NCBI GenBank assembly: GCA_000934665.2
Contig: KZ538208.1
Location: 1-64,000, forward strand
Origin: Catajapyx aquilonaris
Taxonomy: Eukaryota
Direction of reading: 5' to 3'
DNA length: 64,000 bases
Part shown: positions 52,483-64,000 of the stretch, piece after piece
How the letters are laid out: the number at the start of each line of letters is the position of its first letter
How positions within the stretch are numbered: position 1 is the first letter of the stretch
Position numbers and translations under genes: made by a program
The notes under the pieces: model-generated
Seen by the model: the letters and a program-made list of their open reading frames with translations, nothing else
Told to the model about the DNA's origin: nothing
Database searches by the model: none

Positions 52483-54858
52483 TCACGACGATTCCTTCCC
52501 AACAATTGCTTCGTCACAATTGCCGTTGATGTTGTTGGCTATGTTGTTGCAGTTGTTGGGATTGTTAGTGTTGTTGGACCCAGTTTGAACCTCCTTGTCC
52601 TCCATCGTTGGGGTAAAGAGAGGTCGCCTTTGTGAACCTTGCTGGCAGGAGATTTCCAGCAGCTCCCTCAGACCCTGAAAAAAAAAGCAATTTTCAATGA
52701 GACTTGAACCTCCGACATAAGTAGGTTCCGCCTTACCCTGTTTTCGGTGATGAGCCTGGTAAGCATCTCCTCCTCTTTCGTGTTGGCATCTTCGTCCAGT
52801 TCGATCGCCTTTCCCATGACAGCTGCCATTTCGCACACCTTATCTGTCCTTTCCCTCAGCAGCTGAAATACCAAAACAATCATTACACACTTTTACACTA
52901 TAAGAGCCTGCCACACACAGTCGCCGTGACATGTAGGCTGAACATCACATCGTTTTTACAGTAAAGTGTACTTTATTAAAAAATGTTTCTGCTGCAGAAT
53001 ATGACTTGACGACTCCAACCTTGGAATAGTCAGCTGCTTGGGTCAGATTTCTGGCTGCTTCGTTGGACTTGACCAGCATGACGACCTGCTGCCTATACTT
53101 GGACATGATCAGCTCCAGAGCATTCTGATGTTCTTCCAGGGCAGTACGTAGTTCTTTGTTCTCCTGCTGTAGCTCGCGGATGTGCTTGTTTTCCTGCTGT
53201 ATGCCTGCGACCAAAGTGGCTCTCGGTCGTTGGTGGGCCATCTCGTTGAGTTCCATTATGTCTTCTTGGTACTGGAACGGAACAAATTTTAAAATTAGTA
53301 CAGAAAATGCGTACAATCTCAATTCTGACACCGACGAACAAAAGTTTCATCACACAACAATTGTGGCAGTACATACTCCAAAGAGTATCACGACCTGCAG
53401 ATTAATAGCGCGTTGAAACTGAAATGAATAGTACTTCGCCACTCCAGTAAGATGAGTTGGCATCACGGCTAATGGGAGCCATTATGCATTGTGTACCTTT
53501 GACCTTTCACAAATAGCCACCTCCAAACATGCAATCAATTTAATGAATTATTAGCACACAAGGTGGAGAAATTAACACTCTTATGTAATTCTTCCGTATG
53601 AGCCGAAGCATGTTTTCAGGCCACTAGGTTAGGGTAATGATGATTAAATGGGGTTCCACAAAGCACTTTTCAATTACAATTTCTTAGACTGAGTTCGTTA
53701 TTGTTGATGGTTCATGGTCGAGTAAACAGGTCAAAAATTCTAGTTGCTCATCACATAATTCCATTTCCATAATGAGTTTATGTACCGAGTAAATGTAACA
53801 GGCTAGTGTTTGGTAGAGTACATGACGGATTATTCACTATAGTCGTGCATTTACACGCTTGACGGCCATCAGGCTTCACATCACAACTCAAGGTGCACAT
53901 TGTTCCACTTCTGTGCCTCTTTTTTTGTGTGTATAATGGTTATTACTTTAATGTGCAAAAAGTGAAAGTAAGCACAGAGCATAGCCATGTCTAATGTCCT
54001 GTACACATAAGCAATGCCATGTCGACTCAGACTTGATTCAAAAAATTTCAATACTGTAGAACCCTGATTATTATTATTATTATCCGTCACTTGCAGGACC
54101 AGGGCATGGACGGAACATAGAAAAGGTAGGATAATCCTAGGAGCAAAGGAAACACAACAGAAAACTTCAATACAAACATGAAATGATGTACAATGTTATG
54201 GTTAATTACGGTGTGTTTACATGTGAGCGATTTGACCGGCGAAGGCCGAGGCTGAAATTAACAATTGATTTTCGCCTCAAACAATATTGGTTACTTGTGT
54301 TACGTAGCCTAGGCGAAGATTTCGCTCCTCTTCATTCGTCAAATCACTCACATGTAAACGCACCTTTACAAGAAATAGGGAAGCATTTACACACTCTACT
54401 GTAGGCCTATTGTACTTACAATTTACCTAAGGCAATACGAAACAAATGCGTAGTACATTACAGAATTTATTGAGAAAAATATACATAGCTGGAGCAGTAT
54501 GGTCCGATAATAATTTGTGGTCAGATAATCGGGGTTGTACTGTACGTAAGCCTTCAGCACAGTTTTTAACACACCATTCTGGTTATTTTCTGCGTTCACT
54601 CCATTTTCAGCTTGGCTAATTTTTTTCACGCAACACCGAACAACGCTAAATCTTTCAAATCAGATCATCCTCAACGGCTGGACGGACACAACCTGAGAAA
54701 GCGTGTGTGAGCACCATACGCACCTCCTTCATGGCCTCGACGTCCTTGTACACATCTTGAACCTGGTTGACAAGCTGGTCTGCGGCCGAGTCGTGCTCCT
54801 TGAGCCGGGCGGCCAGCTGCTTGGCATCCGACAGCAGCTGCTGGATCGTCAGCGACAT
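52483..54858 (-). CDS. FGFR1OP2: FGFR1 oncogene partner 2 / SIKE family coiled-coil protein (STRIPAK component), about 234 aa; exons 54858-54724, 53271-53020, 52862-52737, 52674-52483
   Basis: MSLTIQQLLSDAKQLAARLKEHDSAAD; IQQENKHIRELQQENKELRTALEEHQNALELIMSKYRQQV; DKVCEMAAVMGKAIELDE; TENRGLRELLEIS. All three introns are phase-0 GT-AG. Acceptor immediately before the ATG; AATAAA at 51883-51878. Confidence 0.92.
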
Positions 54859-55699
54859 CTGACACAAGATGAAGGGAAAAACGGGGTGAAAGTTCTGGCT
54901 GAGAAAGTCAGGCCAAGTGGAGCATGCTGACCTATAAATTTCATGTTAATAATTATGGCTGAGCACATTTTTATGGAATGGGTATATGATCAGCAGTACC
55001 TTGATTTGTCCGGGCTGCTGCTGGGCCAGGGGGTTACATGTCCCGGTGGTGGGTGCCAGGGCGGGCTGGGCACAACAAGATGAGGGAAAGGGAGGGGAAA
55101 CCGGGGCAGGGGGGTAAAACTAGGTCGAATTAGTTCAGAACGTTTCACAGCTGAGAAGGATCCATCTTGTTTTTTTGATTATTTTTTTTTGTCTTTTTTT
55201 TTTTTCTTTAAATGGGATGGGGGGGGATGTCCAAAGGGGGTGGGCGATTGTGCTGACATCTATCGGATGTCAACAAAAGTAACAAATGTACTTGAAAGGA
55301 AGTGACATCTGGTGGCAACAAGCTCAACTTCTGAATGGTACTGTATCGTACGCTACTGTACATGCTAACTAATAATTATTATTAACATCCTATACATTCA
55401 TATAGTAAAAAAAGTAACTATTATTATCAGACATACTGCCAATAAATGTACATTTTGCGAAATATTTCGAGCCAAGTGTGTCTGTCAATATTTCCGCGCC
55501 AAATGTGCGTCCCCATTGATGTGTCATTTTCGTGGCCTAATGCACTTAATTTTAGGTGTCGAAAAATGTGTTAATTATTAATCTCTCTACATCCGGCATC
55601 ATTAGTCATGGTGTCTGACAATGACAAAGGGAAATCCTGCGGTACAAAACTTGTCTGCAATGCACTACATTCGGCACAAGTGCATGAAGGCAAGGAAAA

Positions 55700-57622
55700 A
55701 TGGCTGTGTCTGTATTGTTTCTTCTGAGTTTTGTGCATTTGACCAGAAGCGTCAATGTGACTTTGATTGATATGTCAGAAGAAGTTAGATTGATGACATC
55801 TGTTGTCGTGAAGTATTTAGCTGAGAATCCAACATGCGCTCTGGTTCTGGTCGAAGAGTCTGAACGTGACAATGGACTAAACGCAATTGTTACCATTGCT
55901 CATCGTGAATACCAACCATTTTTGACAACACTGATGTCCTCGTTTGACAACCACCTTCTTAAGAACCAAGCCATGTATTCCTTCACATCCATGCCTTACG
56001 CTCTCCGTTCTCGAAACCAGATCAACTTCCCATGTGCCCTGAACATACTAGTACCTCAATCATCCTCATCACTCACTAAACTAGTAGTCCACCTATCCAC
56101 ATTTATCCATGTCCGAAACTTACACGATCCCTTCTTCTTCTGGATGCCCCCGGATTCCAACCCGGAAGAGATGCTTCAAACCACCTTGTCCGGAATCAGA
56201 CTGAAGATGATGGCCACATACTCATCCACACATCAGAAGCTGGAGTTGTACGGTGTCTGCTTCTTCTGCGACTCTGGGTATGATCATGTCATCCTGATCG
56301 GTGTTGTCCAGGACACACAATCATGGACATACTCGCTTCCGGACACCTCCAGCAACTTAAACAAACGCAGGTTAACAATGGGCTACTACCAGTTCATACC
56401 CTTAGAATCTGCACGTGAAAAGAAGCGATTGAATGGTCCGTTGGCTTTAAATTTCTATGAGCGTATGTCCCTAGAAATGGAGTCCAAATTGAACGCCACA
56501 TTCACAAGCCGGATGCTGTACGACTATGGTTTCGATGCCGAAAAACAGCTACCTGATGGATCCTGGTCTGCATCTGGAGGAATCGGAGCGACATTAAGTG
56601 GTGCCATCAACTTCACATTGTTTGCAATGCCGACCGAAAATTCGTTGCGTAATTTGGATGCGTCGCATCCGCTGATTTTCATCCACGCAATTTTCGCGAC
56701 TCACAAACCACGACCGTACTTCACCTGGAAAATCCTGTTGTATCCGTACACTTGGCACATGTGGGTGCTTCTTCTGGTGTCCAACTTGGTGTCGGCGTTC
56801 TTGATGCGATTTTTATGCAGAAATGAACACTATTCGTTTGTGCACTCCTTGGCGTTTTTAGGTCGGGTTATAATCGAGCAACCGGTTTTAGGACCGCGTG
56901 TGGCCAGTTTCCGCATGTTTCTGTCGTTTTTCTGGCTCTTTTCGATCATCATGTGCTGTGGGTATAAGACCAAACTTGTAGCTTTCATCACCTCACCACC
57001 GAAAGAAGATGTTCCTAATGACATATGGGAACTGATTCAATCCAACTTCAAATGGGGTTTGCCGTTTATCCAGTACGTGGCATTCCAAGCATCGGTTGAG
57101 TACATAGACACACCTGTGTACAGAGCTATTTACAACAAAAGCGTCATGCAGGACAGCACCGAAGTGTGCTTACAACAAGCCATGGATCACAATTTTGCTT
57201 GCATTATCGACAACGTGTATTTCAAGAAAGCCAAGTATTTGTTCGACAACTACATTGGGGAGAGTAAGTTGTCTTTGTCGACTGAAGGGTACTTTAATTT
57301 TTATGCGGGGCCTGCTTTTGGTAGAGGGGAAGTGTACGCACCTTACATGCAAAGTGTGCTGAAGTACATGTTCGAAGCGGGTTTGATTAACAAGTGGTTG
57401 GCGGATGAGGAGCTTATGGCCCAAATTGCTGGCCTGACTGGATTGAGACAGAATTTAGAGGTGTTGTTTCAAGGGAAGGCGTACACTTTCAATGACTTGC
57501 ATGCTGCTTTCTTGTTGCTTCATTTGGGGGCTGTAGTTTCGACGTTTGTGTGGTTTCTGGAAAGGTGCTGGAGACACAGGGAAGTGCGGAAAGAACAGTT
57601 TGTGTATGTGTTTGTCAAGTAG
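55700..57622 (+). CDS. Divergent ionotropic receptor (IR, variant iGluR chemoreceptor), intronless, 640 aa
   Basis: Single ORF with signal peptide; S1 LPDGSWS..GGIG; pre-M1/M1 KILLYPYTWHMWVLLL; pore region LGRVIIEQP; M3 RMFLSFFWLFSIIMCCGYKTKLVAFITSP (equivalent of SYTANLAAF); S2 end FEAGLINKW; M4 FNDLHAAFLLLHLGAVVSTFVWFLE; too short for a full iGluR amino-terminal domain. Confidence 0.9.
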   Translation: MAVSVLFLLSFVHLTRSVNVTLIDMSEEVRLMTSVVVKYLAENPTCALVLVEESERDNGLNAIVTIAHREYQPFLTTLMSSFDNHLLKNQAMYSFTSMPYALRSRNQINFPCALNILVPQSSSSLTKLVVHLSTFIHVRNLHDPFFFWMPPDSNPEEMLQTTLSGIRLKMMATYSSTHQKLELYGVCFFCDSGYDHVILIGVVQDTQSWTYSLPDTSSNLNKRRLTMGYYQFIPLESAREKKRLNGPLALNFYERMSLEMESKLNATFTSRMLYDYGFDAEKQLPDGSWSASGGIGATLSGAINFTLFAMPTENSLRNLDASHPLIFIHAIFATHKPRPYFTWKILLYPYTWHMWVLLLVSNLVSAFLMRFLCRNEHYSFVHSLAFLGRVIIEQPVLGPRVASFRMFLSFFWLFSIIMCCGYKTKLVAFITSPPKEDVPNDIWELIQSNFKWGLPFIQYVAFQASVEYIDTPVYRAIYNKSVMQDSTEVCLQQAMDHNFACIIDNVYFKKAKYLFDNYIGESKLSLSTEGYFNFYAGPAFGRGEVYAPYMQSVLKYMFEAGLINKWLADEELMAQIAGLTGLRQNLEVLFQGKAYTFNDLHAAFLLLHLGAVVSTFVWFLERCWRHREVRKEQFVYVFVK

Positions 57623-58545
57623 CAGAATATGTACACTAAGTATGTTATTGTTCTTTATATTTAGCAGCGAATACAACATTGTAAGTTACATGCCAATGAT
57701 GCAAACACCATCTACTATGGCTAATTTGTTTTCAACAATAATGCTATGCGGATATAATAAAGCGTAATTTCTTCGTCATCTAGATTTTTTTTTGGACAAC
57801 TTTGTAAGGTTCCAAGAGAGCCAATTAGGTGTTAATTACTTGTATTTGCTGTAGCAGCAATTTTTCATGATTTCCATTATTCCATCCTGACCAATATTTT
57901 TTTTAAATAAACTAAAAATGAATGGGTCACAATAATTCCAGAAATAGACTTTACAATTAGGCTGTCTCTATATACCGTACTTACTGTTAGAGTTTTATAA
58001 AGCTGGCCAGTTATTAGGAAGGTTATGGATTTGCTAGCTTGGAGAACTCCTTTAAGAAAAGTGTTTGTCATGTGCCAGGTATAAATTAATAATGTAACAG
58101 GTGACACGACATATAGTCTGTACTGCTGTGGGTTGTCGTTTTATTGCGCGATGCACGATTATTGGACCTTTCCATTTCGCTTTGATCACGATAATCTTCA
58201 AGGTCAGTAGCATACTGTCACAGTAATTATTTATATAATGTATTCTGCACGATGCATTGTACGTTCTACTTGCAAGGCGAATTATAAACAATATGCATGA
58301 AAATTGCTGGAAAGTAAAGCGGGCACGTTTGTTGTCAAAGCGGGTATATTACGACAGTGGTACTGCTGTAAATAATGCTCCCAATGAAACTATTGTATTT
58401 TTTATCATTATTTTAAAGCATAAAACAATATATTTGGTCAATTAGTTACAAATACGGAATATCAGGCACGTATGTACTGTACTGTACACAGTTATAACTT
58501 TTTCAGTCATTGAAAAATAATAGCCAAACAATGGCTTATTAGAGG

Positions 58546-59966
58546 TTATGGCAAAGGTACATAATCAGAACTTCTGAACTGCGCTAAAATGATGAAATAT
58601 GTAGTAATAGTGCCCAGAATCTGCAGGGAGAAAGGGTAATTAGCATTATGGACACTTTATGGACAACGCAGAAGAAATGGTAGGCATAACTTACGGATGT
58701 GATGAGACCATAATTAATAGAGAAGAAGTGTGACGCCGATATCTGAATCGGTGGGCCCATCATCATCTGAATCATAATGTTCACCTGTAAGGCCAAAACT
58801 CACTTGATGGACAATCGATAATAATATTTATTATACAGTACTACAAAGTAACAGATAGAACATACGTGAAATCGAAGCACTATAGTCATGTTCTTACTTT
58901 TTCGTTGGACATTGCTGCAATTGAATTTTGGGCAGACAAACGTGTCTGCAAGAGGACACCCAGGCACTTCGTTGCCTTAGAAAAAAATTAAGAAAAACTG
59001 ATTAATGCAAAAATAATTAGAGTCAGTGTGGTTGCTTACCTCTTTCGGAATGTCTCCCAGGAATATTGTCAGCATGACTAAAGTAATAGCGTTAGTACTA
59101 ATGTGAACAAAATTCGATATGAGATCGCCTGCACTTGAAGCTATAAAAGCAAAATAGTACATGGTCGCAATAATGTCTGAGATGAACGCAACGTATCTGA
59201 TGGCTAAAAGCATTCCAAAAACATGTTCGGCTTCACCAATCACTTGATACAACTCAACAAACGACTGGCAAGTGACATCTAGACTACATGATCGAATTGC
59301 TTTCGAGGGCTTTGTACTCGAGCGGGCAGCCGAGTCTATTGCTCTATTTATAGCCGCATATCGCTTTTTAATTGCCAGAGCAAAGAACATTATTTGTACG
59401 ACCGGGAGGTTTATGATCAAGCTACTGTGCGTAACCAGCAGGATTAAAGAAATATCTCCTATCGTAAGTCCATGTCTGCCGTAAGAGGCCGCTAGCCATG
59501 AAGTAAAAGTAATGCTTGACAGCACAATAGAACTAATTACTAACACGTAAGCGTTTCTTCGTAGCGACTGGTTTGTAATTTCAGGAAAGTACTGGCTGTC
59601 TATAAGCCTAATTCGGTCTAAAAGATTCCGAATATGTGTGCACTTCCTCAGGGTTACCACGTATGTAATCACTGGACACAGAAGTTCCGCACAGTACAAG
59701 ACACCTTCGCTCCATAAAGTAGTCCTAGGAGCATGAATGAGGTACGACCATTGTTCAGGAACAACCACTGAGCAAACAGCATAACAAGTGATCAGCACAG
59801 CCACATTTATGACCGTCGGAATGTACTGGTAGCACTTGTACACACTCGAAGTTAATGGCAGAATTCCTGTGAATGTTGACAGTGCAACAATTGGACGGAA
59901 GGCCTCTTTGAGGGTTGACTGATCTTGCGAATTCCAGGCGGTCCTCGCGGACTTGGAACCTTCCAT
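58546..59966 (-). CDS. Gustatory receptor (7tm_7 family) GR-a, about 389 aa; exons 59966-59040, 58975-58898, 58784-58695, 58620-58546
   Basis: Long hydrophobic first exon plus three short C-terminal exons split by phase-0 introns (classic arthropod GR structure); IQISASHFFSINYGLITS|ILGTITTYFIILAQF carries the GR TM7 motif TYhhhhhQF. Confidence 0.92.
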
Positions 59967-60017
59967 GCCGTTGTCTGAGCAGACAGTGTTGCGGTTGCAT
60001 ATGCTGAAAACGGTGGA

Positions 60018-60025
60018 TTATATAC
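60018..60025 (-). promoter_or_regulatory. Candidate TATA box of GR-a
   Basis: GTATATAA about 55 nt upstream of the ATG at 59966. Confidence 0.3.
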
Positions 60026-61685
60026 ACTTACTATAAGGCGGGGCCTGTCATCGATTCAGTCACAGCATGTCATGGTTGGGTTGCTTATTCGCATCCCCAA
60101 GGAGTCTCTCTTGAAGCATGCGACAGCTACATTTTTACCTGATGAAATGAACTGTTTTGTGCGTATTTGGGTGACCTTTCAGCCTACTGTGCCGTTAGAA
60201 TTTTATCACAAATTAAACGTAATGGCGCAGTGTCTAATTGAAGCGTGACGAAAAGTAGTAGAGAATAGTCCACGGCTATACTTGTGGCGTGACAAAAATG
60301 GGCCCAAGTGACAAGTACCACCCAAGTTGCTCAGTTCAATAAGGTGGGGTTAATAAGTGAATAAGTTAATTGAGTGGGAAGAATCCAAGACGCAATAACT
60401 GTGGCTATATGGTGAAGGATGATTGTTTGTCCCCCAAATATAGATTACAAAAATAAGAAGCAACAATCACAAGTGAAAGTAGCGCTTACTACCTTTCCAC
60501 TGACATGAGCTAGAGTAGTTGAAATTATAGGAATTCTTTTGCGCAGTGAAGAGTTTAGTGACACTTAGATGTTACTGTACGTACTGTAGTCGACAGAAAT
60601 GACATGCCATGCTGCGACGGCGACGCATCCTGCGAAGGCAATCCTGTAATGTGTAAGGTCGGGGCCCTTATTCAATGGATCTATTGGAAGGAAAGTAGCC
60701 ACACAACTTCTAGCACTCGCATCGATTTCGCATTACTTGCCCCAAAATGTCACAATATTGAGAAGTCTTTATTGTTTATATTCACTATCTAATTCCACGC
60801 TACCGGAAAGGTCTTTCGATTATGCATGACGATGCAATAGATCATTGCATTTAGATTATAATTATTGTCGTAAATACGCGGGTAATTTGTGGCAGAAGCG
60901 ATGTAGTGATAATGTTTAAATCCATTGATTTTACTTGCGCAATGCAATAATTCGAATCGCATGCGGCTACTTTGGAATTTTATGACCTAGTTTATAATTA
61001 GAAGTTTGCATGCAAGGCAATATGTAACACTTTGTACGTAAAAAAGCCGATACCGGAACCACAGATTCTACGCTGGACATCAATAGGGCTTCCTTGACAT
61101 GTTGCTGTAGGCATACCATAAATCACTCTGACGTGTCAAGATGTATGGTTTTGTAACCATCGTAAGAACTGAGTCTTTATGAGATGCACATCATGACTGA
61201 TCAATTTATGATGTAGCATTACAGGTAAGTACTGTACTTACGTGATAGGTTGCAACCTGCTGTGAATAAATTGAGGAAAATTGCGATATATGATATCTCA
61301 TTATTATCTTAGCGTCTTCTTGCAACATCAATTTATTCTGCTGGGCTCTTAATGTAATGAAACAATGCTATCAATTTTGGTTTGTGACAGTCACTACATG
61401 CGAAGTGAATATTGCTGCAACTGCTTTATGATATAGTGGAGTGGTAGTGAACAGTACTACATTACGTATTGTTTCAATTATAATTGCAAATTGATTAACT
61501 GCCATTTGTTGGTCAACGAAAAAAATGGATCACATAGGCCTATTCGTTTTTGGGCAAGAAAAAAGTAGCACTTTATTGCAACCGTAGCTTCAGAAATGGC
61601 CTGGATTACACAACTCTGCTTCCACTGTGTAAGACATTTATGCCATATAATAATATGTACAGATCATAATACAATATTTACACTT

Positions 61686-63207
61686 TCAACTTTGTGATAT
61701 TTCTATGGTTTTTTTCCCTGCATCTTGTTCGGATCCTCTGAACTGTGCCAATATAATGAAATACGTGGTAATGGTGCCCAAGATCTGCAAAAAGTAAAAG
61801 TTGGAATAATTATGTTACCGCCAATATGTGATTGCTGATAGGATACTTCTTGTTAGTAAATATCAATGCATATACTCGTATGTGCTGATAAATGGCTCAC
61901 CGATGTAATTAGTCCAAAATTAATTGAAAAGAAGTGCGATGCTGATATCTGTATTGGAGAACCCATCATAATTTTAATCACTGTTGTCATCTGAAATATA
62001 ATAGCCATTTGCTGTAATATTAATATTTTACACCTGCAGTTAGGGAACGGTTATGACCTGTTTGCTGTGGATAGCATTCGTACGATCAGGAGTAGACACA
62101 CGAATTTCCAGCAGATCACCAAGATTCCTTGTGGCCTTCAAAAGACACATGGAGCATGAAACTGTTTTGTTCAAAATAATGTACATTCGACTATATTATA
62201 TTACCAAGTAAATATCATTCAAAATAGTATCACTCTATACTGACCTCTCTTGGTATGCCACCCAGGGAAACTGTGAGAAAAATTAAAGTAACTATGTTCG
62301 TACACACGTCAATGATACTTGAAAGAATGTCACTGGTACCACTGGCCTCGAAAGCAAAGTGGTAAAGTGTTGCAATAATATCTGAGATGAAAGCAACGTA
62401 TCGTACTGTCAAAATAATTCCGTACACCGATTCAACTTCTCCTACTAGTTTGTACAGAGTCACAAAAGCCACACATGGCACATCAAGTGCATTGTTGTGT
62501 GTAATTGTCACCTTCCTGGGTCCCATTTTGATTGCTGCTGAATATATTGCTGCGTTGACAACTCTAAAGCGTTCCTGAATGGCCAGAGCAAGCAGTATGA
62601 CCTGCGTGACAGGTAAATTTAAAATGAACATGCTGTGAGAAACCATCAGAATCAACGTTACATCTCCAATCTTCACGCCTTCTTCCGTGATTGTCGATGC
62701 CATCCATGAAGTAAATACTGCTCCTGAGAGACAAAATGCGCACAGCACCAACAAATAGGCATGTATGCGTGTCTTGCTATTGGTCAGTTTGGGAAAATAC
62801 TTGGAGTCAATCGTGCAAAACTTATCAATGAGTCTGAAGATTTGACCGCACTTTTTCTGAACTAGCACAAATGTAATTAGAGGACAAAGCAGTTCGGCAC
62901 AGTACAAGACAGCATCGCTCCAGATTTGCGACGCGTTATTAATCCGAAGCTCATCCCATTGTCTTGGTATGTTCACGCATGATATTATGTAATATGTGGT
63001 CAGCACTAGTCCGTTAAAAAGAGCAGGAGTCCTGTGGTACCACCACAACCGTGGTTTCTGGTTCGCGCCAGTAGAATTTGACAGTGGCATCATTCCTCCA
63101 ACAGTTGTCAACACCAATACAGGCTGCAACGCTGACTTTAAAGTGAACTGTTTCTTATTCGGTTTCCAGCATGTACTGGAAGGGGTCTTCTGGACGCCTT
63201 CCATCAT
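61686..63207 (-). CDS. Gustatory receptor GR-b, about 409 aa; exons 63207-62245, 62135-62058, 61990-61901, 61784-61686
   Basis: Paralog of GR-a (shared VLYCAELLCP, IDSxYFP, FTSWxAxx, RYVAFISDIIAT); same 78- and 90-nt internal exons; ends ILGTITTYFIILAQFRGSEQDAGKKTIEISQS*. Confidence 0.92.
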
Positions 63208-63809
63208 GATCACAGGTCACCGAATTACTGTTGTTGTAGTATGATCTACAAAGGTGATGACTCCTCAAGGTGCTTCAGAGCGAATGGAGGTGTGGTCTCT
63301 TGTGATATTACACATGCATTCAAATGTTACTCATTGGGTGCTTCTTTAATCATTACTTTTTCTTCCCGGGAGTCACGTTTCATTAATAATTTATTCTAAT
63401 GAATTGGTCTCTTTACGACTTCTTGCAACAGTAGGCTATACCGGTGTGTCACGATGAATGATGTTGATGATGAATTACCTCGTGGGACTGCTCTTGTAAC
63501 ATACGGTTCAGGCCGTATTGATGTAATAAAGTGGTGTGCGGTACATTATGCAATGTTGCGTGTTTTGGAACTAAACGGACTGCCACTAACTTGTATTAAT
63601 GAAACAGCGACTAAAGTTGAAGATAAACTGGCTAGTAAAGAAATATTGTTGCAAGCAGTCCCTGAAAGTCTTTTCATAATAATAGGCATATGTAATTCCT
63701 GTAATGAACTTGCTGGAGCATCTGTTTGCGCTTACTTTTCCAGTTAAAATATTCATGCATGTGTATGGCAGTTAGTGTTCCAACATCATGGTATTATCAA
63801 GATGTTGTC

Positions 63810-64000
63810 CTATGTAACTTGTTCAGCTCCTCTGAATTGAGCAAGTATTATGAAATACGTTGTAATAATGCCCAAGATCTGCAAAATCAATATTGCAACA
63901 TGTTAGTGATACTCGCCACTTTGTTCGTGCATAATATAATCAAAGCTTATGTGTGGATACCATGGCTCACCGAAGTAATTAGTCCGTAATTGATTGAAAA
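63810..64000 (-). CDS. Gustatory receptor GR-c, 3' end only (exons >64000-63971 and 63878-63810); the rest lies beyond the window
   Basis: FSINYGLITS|GTGAGC, then TTTTGCAG|ILGIITTYFIILAQFRGAEQVT*, matching the last two exons of GR-a and GR-b. Confidence 0.88.

Noticed and set aside
1..64000. Prokaryotic features (operons, CRISPR arrays, defence systems), rRNA and tRNA genes
   Set aside because: The sequence is spliceosomal-intron-containing animal DNA; no repeat-spacer array or recognisable structural RNA gene was seen.

Overview
Eukaryotic, intron-containing DNA, almost certainly arthropod (TTAGG telomere-type repeat, gustatory receptors and a divergent ionotropic receptor). About 46 kb (392-45647, minus strand) holds one neuropeptide GPCR of the PRXamide/neuromedin-U receptor group, most like CAPA/pyrokinin receptors. 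I rebuilt its exons by hand from GT-AG sites and reading phase. The main result is that it has two paralogous, intact first coding exons (45371-45647 and 25725-26022). Each encodes N-terminus+TM1+ICL1+most of TM2, they are 52/76 aa identical, both end at the same phase-1 donor, and only one visible set of downstream exons exists. The gene also appears able to make a short or a long C-terminal tail. The remaining ~15 kb is gene-dense: calumenin/reticulocalbin (HDEF, minus), an FGFR1OP2/SIKE-family gene (minus), an intronless divergent ionotropic receptor (plus) and a tandem array of at least three gustatory receptors (minus, the third cut by the window edge). Small elements include two TA-flanked MITEs, two Helitron-like copies, an interstitial (TTAGG)n tract, a 3'UTR hairpin and a 15-N gap. 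All gene models are predictions from sequence alone; no database search or transcript evidence was available.
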